Of a stretch of 64,000 nucleotides of DNA, positions 10,928 through 21,800 are shown in pieces (positions within the stretch are counted from its first letter, which is position 1; every line of letters starts with the position of its first letter). A program made the position numbers and the translations under genes. The stretch comes from Klebsormidium nitens. Lineage: Eukaryota > Plantae > Klebsormidiophyceae. The stretch lies in NCBI GenBank assembly GCA_000708835.1, contig DF237051.1, forward strand, positions 62,001-126,000. Direction: 5' to 3'. Below the pieces are notes generated by a model that searched no databases, was not told the DNA's origin, and saw only the letters and a program-made list of their open reading frames with translations.

Positions 10928-13293
10928 ATGCTCGAGGGGAACGAAGCAGCAGCTGCCGCCAAATCCTGTTCTTCCGACTTCTCTGTGCGCCACGCAGCCT
11001 CATGCAGGCTCTCATCACTGAGTCCAACTTCAGTCTTCAGGCAGCAAGAGGCCGCCTTGTTGGCAAGCTGGTAGGCATCCCGTAGGCATGCCCAAAAGGA
11101 GCTCAAACAGCATTTGAAAACTTATAGATTGGGACTCCGTCCCGAGAGGGTCCCGAGCAGCACTTGGAAAAGATTCAAAGCCCGTCACAAATTTCTCTCA
11201 TGGAGAACACATCAACACCAGGGGCTGATTCCGGTGAACAGCATTGGCAAGCGCCGCCGGCCCCTGCTCCAGGGAGCGTTGAGGCAAGTTGGCGAGAGGT
11301 TTTCTTGCAACCAGTGACCTGATGGTACGCTGTATCGCACACCAGTTGCTGATCCAAGCGAGATCCAGCAGCAAGTTGCGGCGCAGTCCGCTCTAAACCT
11401 GATGAAGCAGAATCCATCGTGGGCTGACCAGCTTGCTGACCAGCTAGGCTTTCCAAGGTCAGAGCACATAGCGCCCTCAATTGTGGAGGCTTACTTTCAA
11501 CAACCTGTCTCTGGTCACGCAGCTGCTTCCGCAAGCGCGGGCCAGCCTGTCACTCAGGCTTCTATGAACATTCCCTCCATCACAATTGAAAGTAGCTCGC
11601 GCACAACAGATCTTTTCCGATGGCAGGGCACACAGAGCAGCCGTCTCTAGCAGGGGCAAAAACACCTTCTTTGGAAAGAACTGCTGGCAGCGAAGCAGAA
11701 GTGCGAGTTAAAAGAGGCTGGGCAGAGACGGATGACGAGTCTGGTGACGAAAGTGCAGCTGAGGATGATACAGAGTTCTTCAGTAATGCTAGATTGGAGG
11801 TTCTCTTGATGTGTCGGTCAAAAGTCTGGGCGCAGGTTGCATCTGATTCCAAGAAGAAGACGTCAGCAAAGAATGTTGCAAAGTGGAAGACTGTATATGC
11901 ACACTGCGTAAAAGCAGACCCCTCCTTCCAGCTGCGGACAATCGAGCAGCTGAAGACCGCATACAAGAACAGGAACAAGGCATACACGGTGAGTTTGTCA
12001 ATCTGATCACATTCTGCAAGGGTTGTTTTAAATCAATAAGGACCGGAGTTTTTGAGAGCTTTGGATGGTTCCCCCGGGATTGCTTCTCTAGCCTGAGGGT
12101 GCATTAGAATTGAACCTGGTGCCTCATGATCGTTGTTTTCTCCATGCAATTTGACGTAAGGTTGTAGCTCAGGCTCAACATGACAAGGCTTAGATTGAAC
12201 CAGAGTTGTTTTGAATTGGTCGGTCCAGTCTAATCACCTCTTTCAAAGAGCGAAGAACGGACCACAAAGGCTGCTCTTAGACTGGTGTACAATATGCAGC
12301 AACATGGGAATTTTGTAACTTCACGTTGAGTTCGGGCCATCCTTGCTGTTGCGCACTCGCCAAGCAGGCTTCGTACAGTCACATCATTCCGCTGGCTATG
12401 CATATCAGCTCGGGTCACGTGCATTAACTTGGTTAGTACGTTTTTGAATGCAGAAGTACCGCTCGGTGGCCGGTCTCAGCGGGCAAGGCCAAGATGCTAG
12501 AGATCGGAAAACAGGGAGGGTGATCAAGAGGCTGCCCTACTTCGACCTCTGGGACAAGTATCACGCGAACGATCCAAAGGTGGCCCCAAAAGTGAGGTCG
12601 GATGTGGGGCTTCCGGACCTGCCGAAAAAGCGGAAGTCCCCGGTGAAACCCACGCACGTTAAGAGCAAGAAGGCGAAGGGGGCTCCCGAGGGGACTGCAA
12701 GTGTACCAGTAACGGAGGAAGTTCCACCCGCAACCGATAGAAGAGGGAATGGGACTGGATTCGAGGGGCAGCCTCGTGCAAGCCGGACGGGGGAGGCACC
12801 AACGGAGGGGGGGGCTGATGGGCCAATCGATATCGACACGCCGCCTTTCAAGGGAGCCTCGACATCGCGTGCGGGAAAGAAACGAGAGCACCCTGCAGAT
12901 GAACGCCCCGGGGATGATGCATACCCAATGTCGGACTTCAAAATGGAGTCCGCGGAAAAGCCAACGCCCCCATCCAGAAAAAGGAATTATCGTGATAGCG
13001 GTGACGAGCGCCTCTTCGAACTAGCAGAAGACATAAGGGAGGAGGCTCGACAGGAGCAGCTCGAGCTGCAAAAGAGAGCAGCTGAATTGGCCGCACAGCG
13101 CAAAGAAGAGTCTGAGAAGTTCACTGCCGTGTTGACAAACTTGAGTACATCAATGGCAGAGGCAAACAAGCAAACAAGGGACGGCATGCAAGGCATCTTA
13201 GAAGTCATGCGGGAGCAGAAAACCGAGAACAACCAGAATCAAGCGGCCATGCGAAGCGTTTTTGAGAGAATGCTTGACCAGATTTCTAAGTAG
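10928..13293 (+). pseudogene. Harbinger ORF2: Myb/SANT(MADF)-like DNA-binding protein with C-terminal coiled coil; degenerate N-terminal extension
   Basis: Core exons about 11620-11988 and 12454-13293 (GTGAGT donor, CAG acceptor): ...VAKWKTVYAHCVKADPSFQLRTIEQLKTAYKNRNKAYT|KYRSVAGLSGQG...LPYFDLWDKYH, then an E/Q/K-rich coiled coil. The upstream frame 10928-11650 is open except TAG at 11072 and TGA at 11315. The core is well supported; the extension is tentative. Confidence 0.75.
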
Positions 13294-13803
13294 GCAAGAC
13301 AATACTTTATCAAGTCATGAGGACGTAAATGTTTTCGTAGATAAGCACCATACCTCAGATGAGATCGGGTCTTCAATCTTTGTACATTCCGAGTCGAATC
13401 ATGATTGTGCTCGTTATGTGACAAGGTTTCAGTAAGGTCTAAATCGTGAAATAACCAAGGAACCGAGTGCAACAATCAAACAGCACATGGCATGTGTATA
13501 TAATGGTGTTCCTCCGTTCACTGAAGCAGATGATGCATGCATGATTGAGATGCTATGCAACCCATCCTTTCTCAACTCACGAAAGCTAGCATCTGCCCTT
13601 GTGTAGTTCTATTCGTGTTCGACAGAGCATGCTTACACGTTTCGAAGTAGTATGGTGTATGATTGATGCTCCGAAGACTACTCAAGATAAGGACTATATC
13701 AATCTTCGGCACAAACTAAGGGCACCACATAATCTGCTCCAATGGATTAGCACCTTGACTTAACATTATGATAGATGGGAAACTGATCCGCCGGTCAACA
13801 TAT

Positions 13804-13888
13804 TTCGAAGGCATCTAGATATCAAGAATCACATGTGGTAGTTCGAAGGCATCTACAATATCAAGAATCACATGTGGTTACTTCGAAG
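13804..13888 (+). repeat. About 38-bp tandem duplication between the two Harbinger ORF 3' ends
   Basis: TTCGAAGGCATCTAGATATCAAGAATCACATGTGGTAG / TTCGAAGGCATCTACAATATCAAGAATCACATGTGGTTAC / TTCGAAG. Confidence 0.85.
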
Positions 13889-13920
13889 AGAAGTGAATCA
13901 CAATTGAATGGAAGAAACGT

Positions 13921-15788
13921 CTATAAGTTCACCGCTATCGAGTTCCTCAGCGCGTCTCCTTCGCTAATTACTCCAGGGGCTCTATGGACTTGTTGTGTAG
14001 GCTGTGGATTACTTGTAAGCTCGTTCAGTAAGGCAGTCCTTCTTAGCTCACGAGCTCGCTCTCCAGGACGAGTTCTTGCTCGACGACGACGGTTGCGATT
14101 GGAGTTATGTACCTGGCCCATATTGTGGAGCACACATATGGCAGTCACTACAGTCACTAACTTCCGAAAGATGCGTGTCTCCAGCTTGTACATCAGAATC
14201 CTCCACATGTTCTTTAAATACCCGAACGCCTGCTCGACGGCCATCCTTGTACTTGAGTGAACGTGATTGAACGTTTCTTTCAGCTCAACAAGGTCTGAAC
14301 CCGGATAAGGAGTAACAATCGTCTTAGAAGCCCCATAAGCCGCATCAGCTACCAGGTAACCACCTTCAAATACCTCTTCCCCATGATTCAAAAGAAACGT
14401 GCTCAAATCACTGAAATTATACACAGTAGAGTCGTGGTTCCCTCCAGCACAACCGGCGAAAATGTTTGTGAAGCAGAACTCAGAATCCACGACAGCCTGC
14501 AAGTGGATCGAATAAAACTTCTTGTAGTTGCGGTAGTCCTCTTGCTGCTGACCCCGAGGCGGTTCAATCTGGATGTGAGACCCGTCTAGAGCACCACACA
14601 CATCTGGAATCCCCTTGTTAGACCATTTGCTCTCGGCCCCTCTTAGTTGAAAGCCAGCCTTAACCTGAGCAAGTGTGCGCCTTGCCCACTCCGCAAACGG
14701 AATGTTCCACCACGGCCGTCCCTGCGGGTCATTTTGTGGTGGTCGAAGAGGCCCGTATGGAAAGCTGGAGCAACGTCAAAGACATTGAAATCAGAGATAT
14801 GTTTAAACCAGGCCCTTGAAGTGAAAAGGATGGAAGTTCGAATGCAAAACTGCTTCTTGCCCAACAAAGTTCTCACATAAGAAATTTACGATCAGAATTT
14901 GGGCTGCAGGCGTCGCTGGGTTATTGACTCATTGAACAAGCTTCATAGAAAAAGGAAGACTGCAATCCAGACAAGGGTTTCGAAACTTCGAAAGATTTTC
15001 ATACTTTCGGTAATTCATTAACGGCCTGAAGCACTCAAGTGTTCCATCGACAGTCGGTCAACTTGAAACCTGAGATAGGAGCCAGAAAAGAGCATTGCCC
15101 ACTTGAACTTTCGGAGGTTGAACACCCACCTGATGTATTGCGCTGCAAGCCTTTGGACAATTGCCTTGGTCACAGTGTACACCTCCTTTCAAACGGTGGA
15201 GACCCCAATCCCAAAAAGCTCAGAGATCTGTTGGTAACTTGCAAAATGAGCAAGAAAGTATATGACCGCAGCAACCCTTTGGTGCACCGGGATGGCTAGC
15301 CTGAACTTTGTGTCCTGACGTACCACATCTGCATAGATCTGGTCGCACAAGAAGGCAAAAACATTTCTCTCCAAGCGGAAGTTCTCAGCCCATCTGTCTC
15401 CCTTGTAGTGCTGCGCGTAATCAAACCACCAGACCTTTTGTCTTGGCAGCACCCAAACGGATCTGATGCTTATTCTCTCCTGCCGGAGATGAAGCTGGAT
15501 CAACTTGAGCAGCCTGCGCAATCGTCGTCGAGACAGGCGTCTAGCTGCAGCCTGCAGTGCAAGCTCCTGTGCCTCTAGCTCATACAGTTGCTGAGAGTAG
15601 TTAGCCACAAGGTTGGCGGCCGCTGCAACAATCGCTCCAGCAGTAGAGTTGCCAAAGAAGCTGCTGACAGGACTGAGCTGAGGTTGCTGCTGTATGACAC
15701 TGAGCATAAAGAAGCAAAGAACAAGGAGTCTCTGTCTTCTTTGATGCTCTGGCAGGGCAATAGAGGGTTGCGCTCTTGCCATCCTCAT
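13921..15788 (-). pseudogene. Harbinger (HARBI1-like, DDE_Tnp_4) transposase with premature stop
   Basis: Exon 1 15788-15130: RSVWV...WW...W.ENFRL....F..LC, RVAAVIYFLAH.ASYQQISELFGIGVSTV*KEVYTVTKAI (in-frame TGA at 15189-15191). Exon 2 about 14690-13921: GALDGSHIQI, YSIHLQAVVD, GGNHDS, YLVADAAY, FNHVHSSTRMAVEQAFGYLK.MWRIL, CVLHN. Confidence 0.93.
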
Positions 15789-16294
15789 ACGCTGAGTCAC
15801 AACTTTGAGCAAGCCAGGGCTTGCAACTTCGTTGGAGTCCCTGAAAACTGATCAGTGCTTCAAGCTTGCAGCATTGAAGCCGAGACCTTCTGACGATTAG
15901 CTCCTGACTCAGAACGTTGTTACAAGATCATCTTTCACAAGGGATCGCATCCACCCTGACAAGGCTGCTGGAGGCCTACCTACGCTCAGCTTTGAGAGCG
16001 CAACTTGTGCCCGACTGGAGTCTACAGCTACGGCAGTGTGCCCGACTGGAGTCGACAGTGTGAGCCGGGCTGCCGCGTATCATGCAGGCCCGGGCGCAGC
16101 GCGCCCGCGGTCGACAATCGGAGCGCTCAGGCTGGCGGCCGCAATTGATGACGTCAACATTACGCTCGCCGAGACCCCAACATCCTGCCAAATATATGGC
16201 TAGTGTGCACAGGGTCGTTGGGGCGTCGAGAGCCCCGGGGTTCGGGTTCTTGACAAACGTCAGCAAAACCCCGTTTTTGGCTCCGAGACCCCGT

Positions 16295-16313
16295 CTCAGG
16301 TGTGCATAGGCCC
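16295..16313 (-). repeat. Right terminal inverted repeat of the Harbinger element
   Basis: CTCAGGTGTGCATAGGCCC, the exact reverse complement of 10729-10747. Confidence 0.93.
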
Positions 16314-16436
16314 CTAGTAAATGTAAAGCGCCAACACTAACACCAAAAACCTAACCCAAAAATTAACCTGCTCCGCACCCCGTACTGGCACCTTATTTAA
16401 AAGGGCCTAAACCCCGGTCCAAATCAACCGCACCCG

Positions 16437-16693
16437 NNNNNNNNNNNNNNNNNNNNNNNNNNNNNNNNNNNNNNNNNNNNNNNNNNNNNNNNNNNNNNNN
16501 NNNNNNNNNNNNNNNNNNNNNNNNNNNNNNNNNNNNNNNNNNNNNNNNNNNNNNNNNNNNNNNNNNNNNNNNNNNNNNNNNNNNNNNNNNNNNNNNNNNN
16601 NNNNNNNNNNNNNNNNNNNNNNNNNNNNNNNNNNNNNNNNNNNNNNNNNNNNNNNNNNNNNNNNNNNNNNNNNNNNNNNNNNNNNNNNNNNNN
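16437..16693. other. Assembly gap
   Basis: Run of N characters. Confidence 1.
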
Positions 16694-16756
16694 CGTTGTT
16701 TGTTTGGTTAGGGTTTTTAGTTTGGGTGCCCGGGAGCTACGTATCTTAGTGCAAGC

Positions 16757-17156
16757 GGCTCTTTAAAGGCTACGCGAAGTCGATATGGGGATTCCGGTCC
16801 GCGACCGACCGGGATTTTGCAGATTTTTGAAAAAGCGACATAAAATAAGTTGAAATCTGCTCGGTTGCACAGCAATTATAGACTTTCTTTTGACTCATAT
16901 TGCTTCAAGTTTCCAAGATGTGCTGAGAGAACCTTGACCTTTTCAGCGAAGTTGATCCCCGATTGTCACCAAACCACTGATTTGCAGCCAAAAACACCCC
17001 TCCAGTACCGGATTTAGCATTTCTGAAGCATTTATTTTACAAAATGGGTAAAGCATTGCTAATAAGGGCAGAACAATTATTTATTGTTTTCTGCCGACCG
17101 ACCGACCCACCCCCGAAGGGGGTGGACCGGAATCCCCATGTCAACTTCGCGTAGCC
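16757..17156. mobile_element. MITE, about 400 bp, with 33-bp inverted repeats and an 11-bp target duplication (Mutator-like)
   Basis: GGCTACGCGAAGTCGATATGGGGATTCCGGTCC (16768-16800) versus GGACCGGAATCCCCATGTCAACTTCGCGTAGCC (17124-17156), 31/33 complementary. Direct repeat TTAGTGCAAGC at 16746-16756 and 17157-17167. Confidence 0.8.
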
Positions 17157-18803
17157 TTAGTGCAAGCTCGAGCCACAACCGGTCCGACCCCTGTGAAAAG
17201 CAACTCACGAAGCCTATCGAACTGCATAAGTCACGGTTCTTTGTTTGTAACGCTACGGAGGCCTGAATTTTGGCCGTCGGAGCTTCGGCGCGGCCTAATC
17301 TACCAGTAGGACCGTAGTACAGCTATCGCGCAAGGCCCGGTCGATTATTAGTGGGAGTCGTCGGCCAAAGTTGAGGCCAAGGGCCCCGTCCGAGGCTCGT
17401 AGCCTGGGACTTCAGTGAGTTGAACTCAGTGTTCAGTGGAAACAAGGCCTTTCGGCGAGTTGACATTCGCCGACCTCCGTGGGAATTTAAAATTCCGGAG
17501 GTACCGATCGATTTCGGGCCGCGGTTACTCGGCCACCACTCAAAATCAGCCTTCCCGACCGACTTTTAAAATATACCGGGCAGTTGAAATACCACCCGAG
17601 TCCAGTGCGCCGCACTGTGTGCACCTGAGTACAGAGAAAAACCTTCATGAGTTTCGTTCGACAGGCACAATATAGCGGTGTAACGGCCGCCCGATGATTA
17701 TTTGGACGGCGTGCGATGGCTGAAAAGGCTTTCGAACAATTTGCCCGGGACCGGTTGTGGCGTTGCCAGTATGCCGGGGATGCTGTTGGAAGGGCTGACG
17801 TGGCGAGGTTTAGGGTTCGTACCCAGGGCTTCTCAATCATTAATCGGTCCCAGGGTTTCGCAAATTCGCACCTAGACCCCGCCACGTCAGCCCTTTCAAC
17901 AGCATCCCCGCCGGCCGGGGCCCGGTCCCCGAATTACTGATTCTCCTTGACCCCGCTCCGGAAGTTCAACGGTCAACGACGAACGTCCGTACGAATGTGC
18001 ACATTCAATTTCGATTACCTATTATCCGGGCCCCGCGCCGCCCATACAGTGTACAGTGTACACCCCGCGTCACGATCTTCAAGGTGTCGAATTCAAGTTT
18101 CTGTACGTAGGTAACGTTTCGCAATCGCGACGACTGTGGATCGACGGACTTTACGGTAATCCACCATAGGTCACGTTGCTTGTGCAGCAATCGATCGAGC
18201 CCCTGATTGTCCCTGCATAAGTATAGTCGAGTGTTGTCTCATGAGCCTCCCATGGCTCCTACGGGACGTTAGAAAGGATTGATGATTGATTGGCCTGACG
18301 ATAAGTTAGGCATCTTTCCATCTTTCGAAACCGGCTAGCAATATGGTTCGGAGCCAGGTGCAATGCTGATCGGCTTTGGTCAGATCCGCGTACGTTTTGA
18401 AAGGGGCAAGCCAACCCCTCCACTTAGCCATGCAGAGGAAGTTGCAAATCTCGGTAATTGGAGACTGGCCAACATGGGTTTGAGCTGGCATGATATCCCA
18501 AGTCCAGGATAGGACAAGGTTGCTGAACTGACATCTTCATGTAGAAGCACGTTCAGGATGAGTCAGTGATGTCCGTGCGTGCACTCCGAACCTAGCCTAA
18601 TCTCCAATCACGCATATGAATAAGGTTGAAGCACAACAGCTCTTGAGAGCGGGGCTGCAGAACACGATGGTACCCGATAATATTGAAACGCGTGTCTTTT
18701 CCTCGTGGTATGACTGACTTGCAACTCTCAATGCGAGCATAAAGCCTCAATCTCTTTAAGAAGTGTCCAGCACTGCTGTGTGATTGGCCCGTAAACTGTT
18801 GCA

Positions 18804-21800
18804 TCACTCGGAGGCTTCCAAAGGAAGGCCAATGTGCGACCATTGGCTGAGGCCCCCCTTCATGTGCCGGATGTTCGTAAAGCCTGCTTGCTGAAGCTCG
18901 TACACGGCTTTCAAAGACCTGTTAAGAGATAAACACGGTCACACCTTGAAATCACTTGAGTGCTCACTTCAACAACTCGTTCTGGTCTTAGTATCCAACT
19001 ATAAGACCACGGGTAGTGACGTTTTCAACGCAAGTTGAGGCAGACTGCTTTTCGTCATCATTCATATTGGTCCTGGCAAACTTGTCCGATGGCCTTTCGA
19101 TCTGTATCGGCTTTATGGAAGCAAACCCTGAATCTTTGAATCTTTGAATCTTCGAACGTAGATACGCATCCAATACCTCTACCCGCAAAGGTGAACTCTC
19201 GAGAATTGACAAAGGAACGTTGCTTGCAGAAACACGCTCGCTCACGAGGGCAGGCATCAGGGCGGTGCATCTGACCCCTGTACAATCTGACAGCCAAAGG
19301 TAAACCAGAGGCACGACGAGCAGTTTAGAGAGTACAGGAACCAGACCATGAAAAACGCAATACTCCTATAGTTTAGGTAGGATACTTTTAGGTAGGATAG
19401 AAACAGTCCCCGGGAAAAACCAGACCTAAAAACCTAAACCGACAAATGTACCCGCTCCGCACCCATACCCACCCTAACCCCAGATTTAAACCCACCCATT
19501 CCCCGGGCCATGACCACTATCCTACCTAGAACTATCCTACCCAAACTGAAGGTTTTAAAAACGCAATCTCGCACCTGGCGCCTCGGAACAGTATAGCTAG
19601 TCAACAGCCCACATGCAAACGGATCGTACATCAACACGGATGCAGAGGTCGACTTCGCGTCAACGTCAAAAACGCTCCGCCACCCCTGGCTGGGTTAGGG
19701 TTGGGTGCTTATGAAACGCTACGCAAAACCCCTCTCCTGGTTGCAAGTGGCTCTCATATCCTAGCTTCATCCAAAAAATTGCAAACGACTACGCGGAATT
19801 GCAAGATCCCGGTAATATTAGCAACTCTTCCACCGACTCTGAATGCGGTACGTACCGTGACTGCCGCCCGAACGTCCTCTCCGGGTCCTTGTACCGCTTC
19901 TCTTTCTTGCCGCTCCGCACGACGACTTCGGTCTCCAAATCGCCCCCGATTTGGCAGTAGACGATCAGCGGCTTGCTCTTGTCTCCGCTGGCTGCTGCCA
20001 GGGCCTTCGCCGCGAACTCCGGATTCCGTTCTGCGAGGAACGGAAGCGGATAAAATGTAACATGACGTAGCAATAGCATTCATCACGACAACTTCCGTTT
20101 CTAGAACGCGCCCCTGAATTGGCAGTAGACAAACAGCGGCTTGCTCTTGTCACCGCCGGCGGCTGCCAGGGCCTTCGCTGCGAAGTCCGGATTCCGCTCT
20201 GCGAGGAACGGAACCGGAAATGATGTAACATTCGTTGGCGGTTTTTCTTTCCGTTTCCCAATCACCCAGGGTCGGGCAGTAGACAATCAGCGGCTTGCTC
20301 TTATCCCCGCCAGCGGCTAAGAAGGCCTTCGCCACAAATTTCGAATTCCGCTCTGCAAGGAGCGGAACGGAGTCCGGTTAAGAACCGCCGGTACAGCTTT
20401 CCGGCTCGAACGAGTTCCAGATTGAAGTAGCACTTGGTGACTCCAAGACCAATCGAAACCGGCTCACCAAGAGATTCGAGCGTTGTCATCGGCAAACGTC
20501 TCGCTGAAAGCAATGGACTGGTAGATTGGAGGCAAGATCGCACGAACAGAGCCGGGGACTTTCTCCAGCTTCCACTTGCTATATAGGGTATAACTCCAAG
20601 AACAGACTTCTACAAGAATTATCAAATCAATAAAGTTTTTTTAAATATATAATAAAACTCTTTCTAATATTGTTGCCCCAGCGACAGCATGTTAATGACG
20701 GTGAATTCATTAACGACCCTGAAGGTGGGTCCGTTCACGACCTCGAGATTTTTGTCGGCAATTATTACGTTATTCTTTTTCGAGGGTCCATAAGAGCCGT
20801 TCGATTGCCAATAAGAGAGCAACGATTGTGAGTCAGAAAGCACCCCAAACGACCAGCAGCAGCTACCAGAACCGCACGCCGGGCACGCTCCGCTTACATT
20901 CATCCTGATCTCCAAAATGTCTCGAACAGTGGAAGCTTAGAAAGTTGAACGCTTACCGGTGCCAGCGAAGTCTGTGATCATCGCATAGCCTAATCGCCTG
21001 CAAGCGCAAGTCCAACACGAGTCAGGCTATACGGAATGCTTGCAAACCCTATGGAGATCCACCCTCGGACGGAGACGACGTCCTTCGTCTAATAAGAGTC
21101 CGGAGCTATGAACCAAAAAACTGGGACACACATGTCAAGGCCCCAGCAGAAAGTGCGACGACCTTAGCAGCAGCAGAGCCCGGGCGACTCCCATTGCCTT
21201 CACCGGTGCACTTTGTTAAGAGAAAGGTGACTAGATTCGGAGAATTGCTTCTCCTGGTGCCTGTGTCAAAACGCACGTTTATCTTATTTCTGCAGGAGAG
21301 ACGCGGGCAGATCACATGAGGCGTTTTCATCAACTGAGAAGCGGTTCGCAGCACTGTGGGAACATGTGGACCGGGCTTCGAGCCACCTCCGCGATCCCTG
21401 ATGATGACTTGGTCAGGTTGGAAGCGTCAAGTCACCCCCAGAGCCATACAAGGCCGATGGCTTCAACCCTACTTAATCGGGGTCAGAGTGCAAGCGCTCG
21501 TTACTCACGAAAGAGGGTAATCAGGAAGGGCAGCCACGCTCACCTCAGATTGGACTTGAAGTCGCTTCCTTGGATAAGTCGGAAAAGGGGCGCGCTGGCA
21601 GCTCCAGCGGCGTGAATCTGCGGACGTATTTGGCACGTCAGGTAGGTCAAACCGTGCTTCCTTCTGATGAACCAATAAGCGCGACTTCGAAATCACATGT
21701 GACGGGAAACACGGAGCGCGACATCTAGCTTCTTCCGAATATTAACACATACAGCAGCGGCTACCGTAAAGCATGTGGTAAAGACGAAGGGTTAAAGTAT

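Larger units (their letters stand above)
10729..16313. mobile_element. PIF/Harbinger DNA transposon, full length (5585 bp), degenerate
   Basis: Perfect 19-bp TIRs GGGCCTATGCACACCTGAG (10729-10747 and 16295-16313), flanked by a CTA target duplication (10726-10728, 16314-16316). Contains convergent Myb/SANT-like and DDE_Tnp_4 ORFs. Confidence 0.95.

Noticed and set aside
13804-13888. Short direct repeats here and at 39156 and 47938 considered as CRISPR-like
   Set aside because: Adjacent tandem units without unique spacers, in a eukaryotic context with no cas genes.
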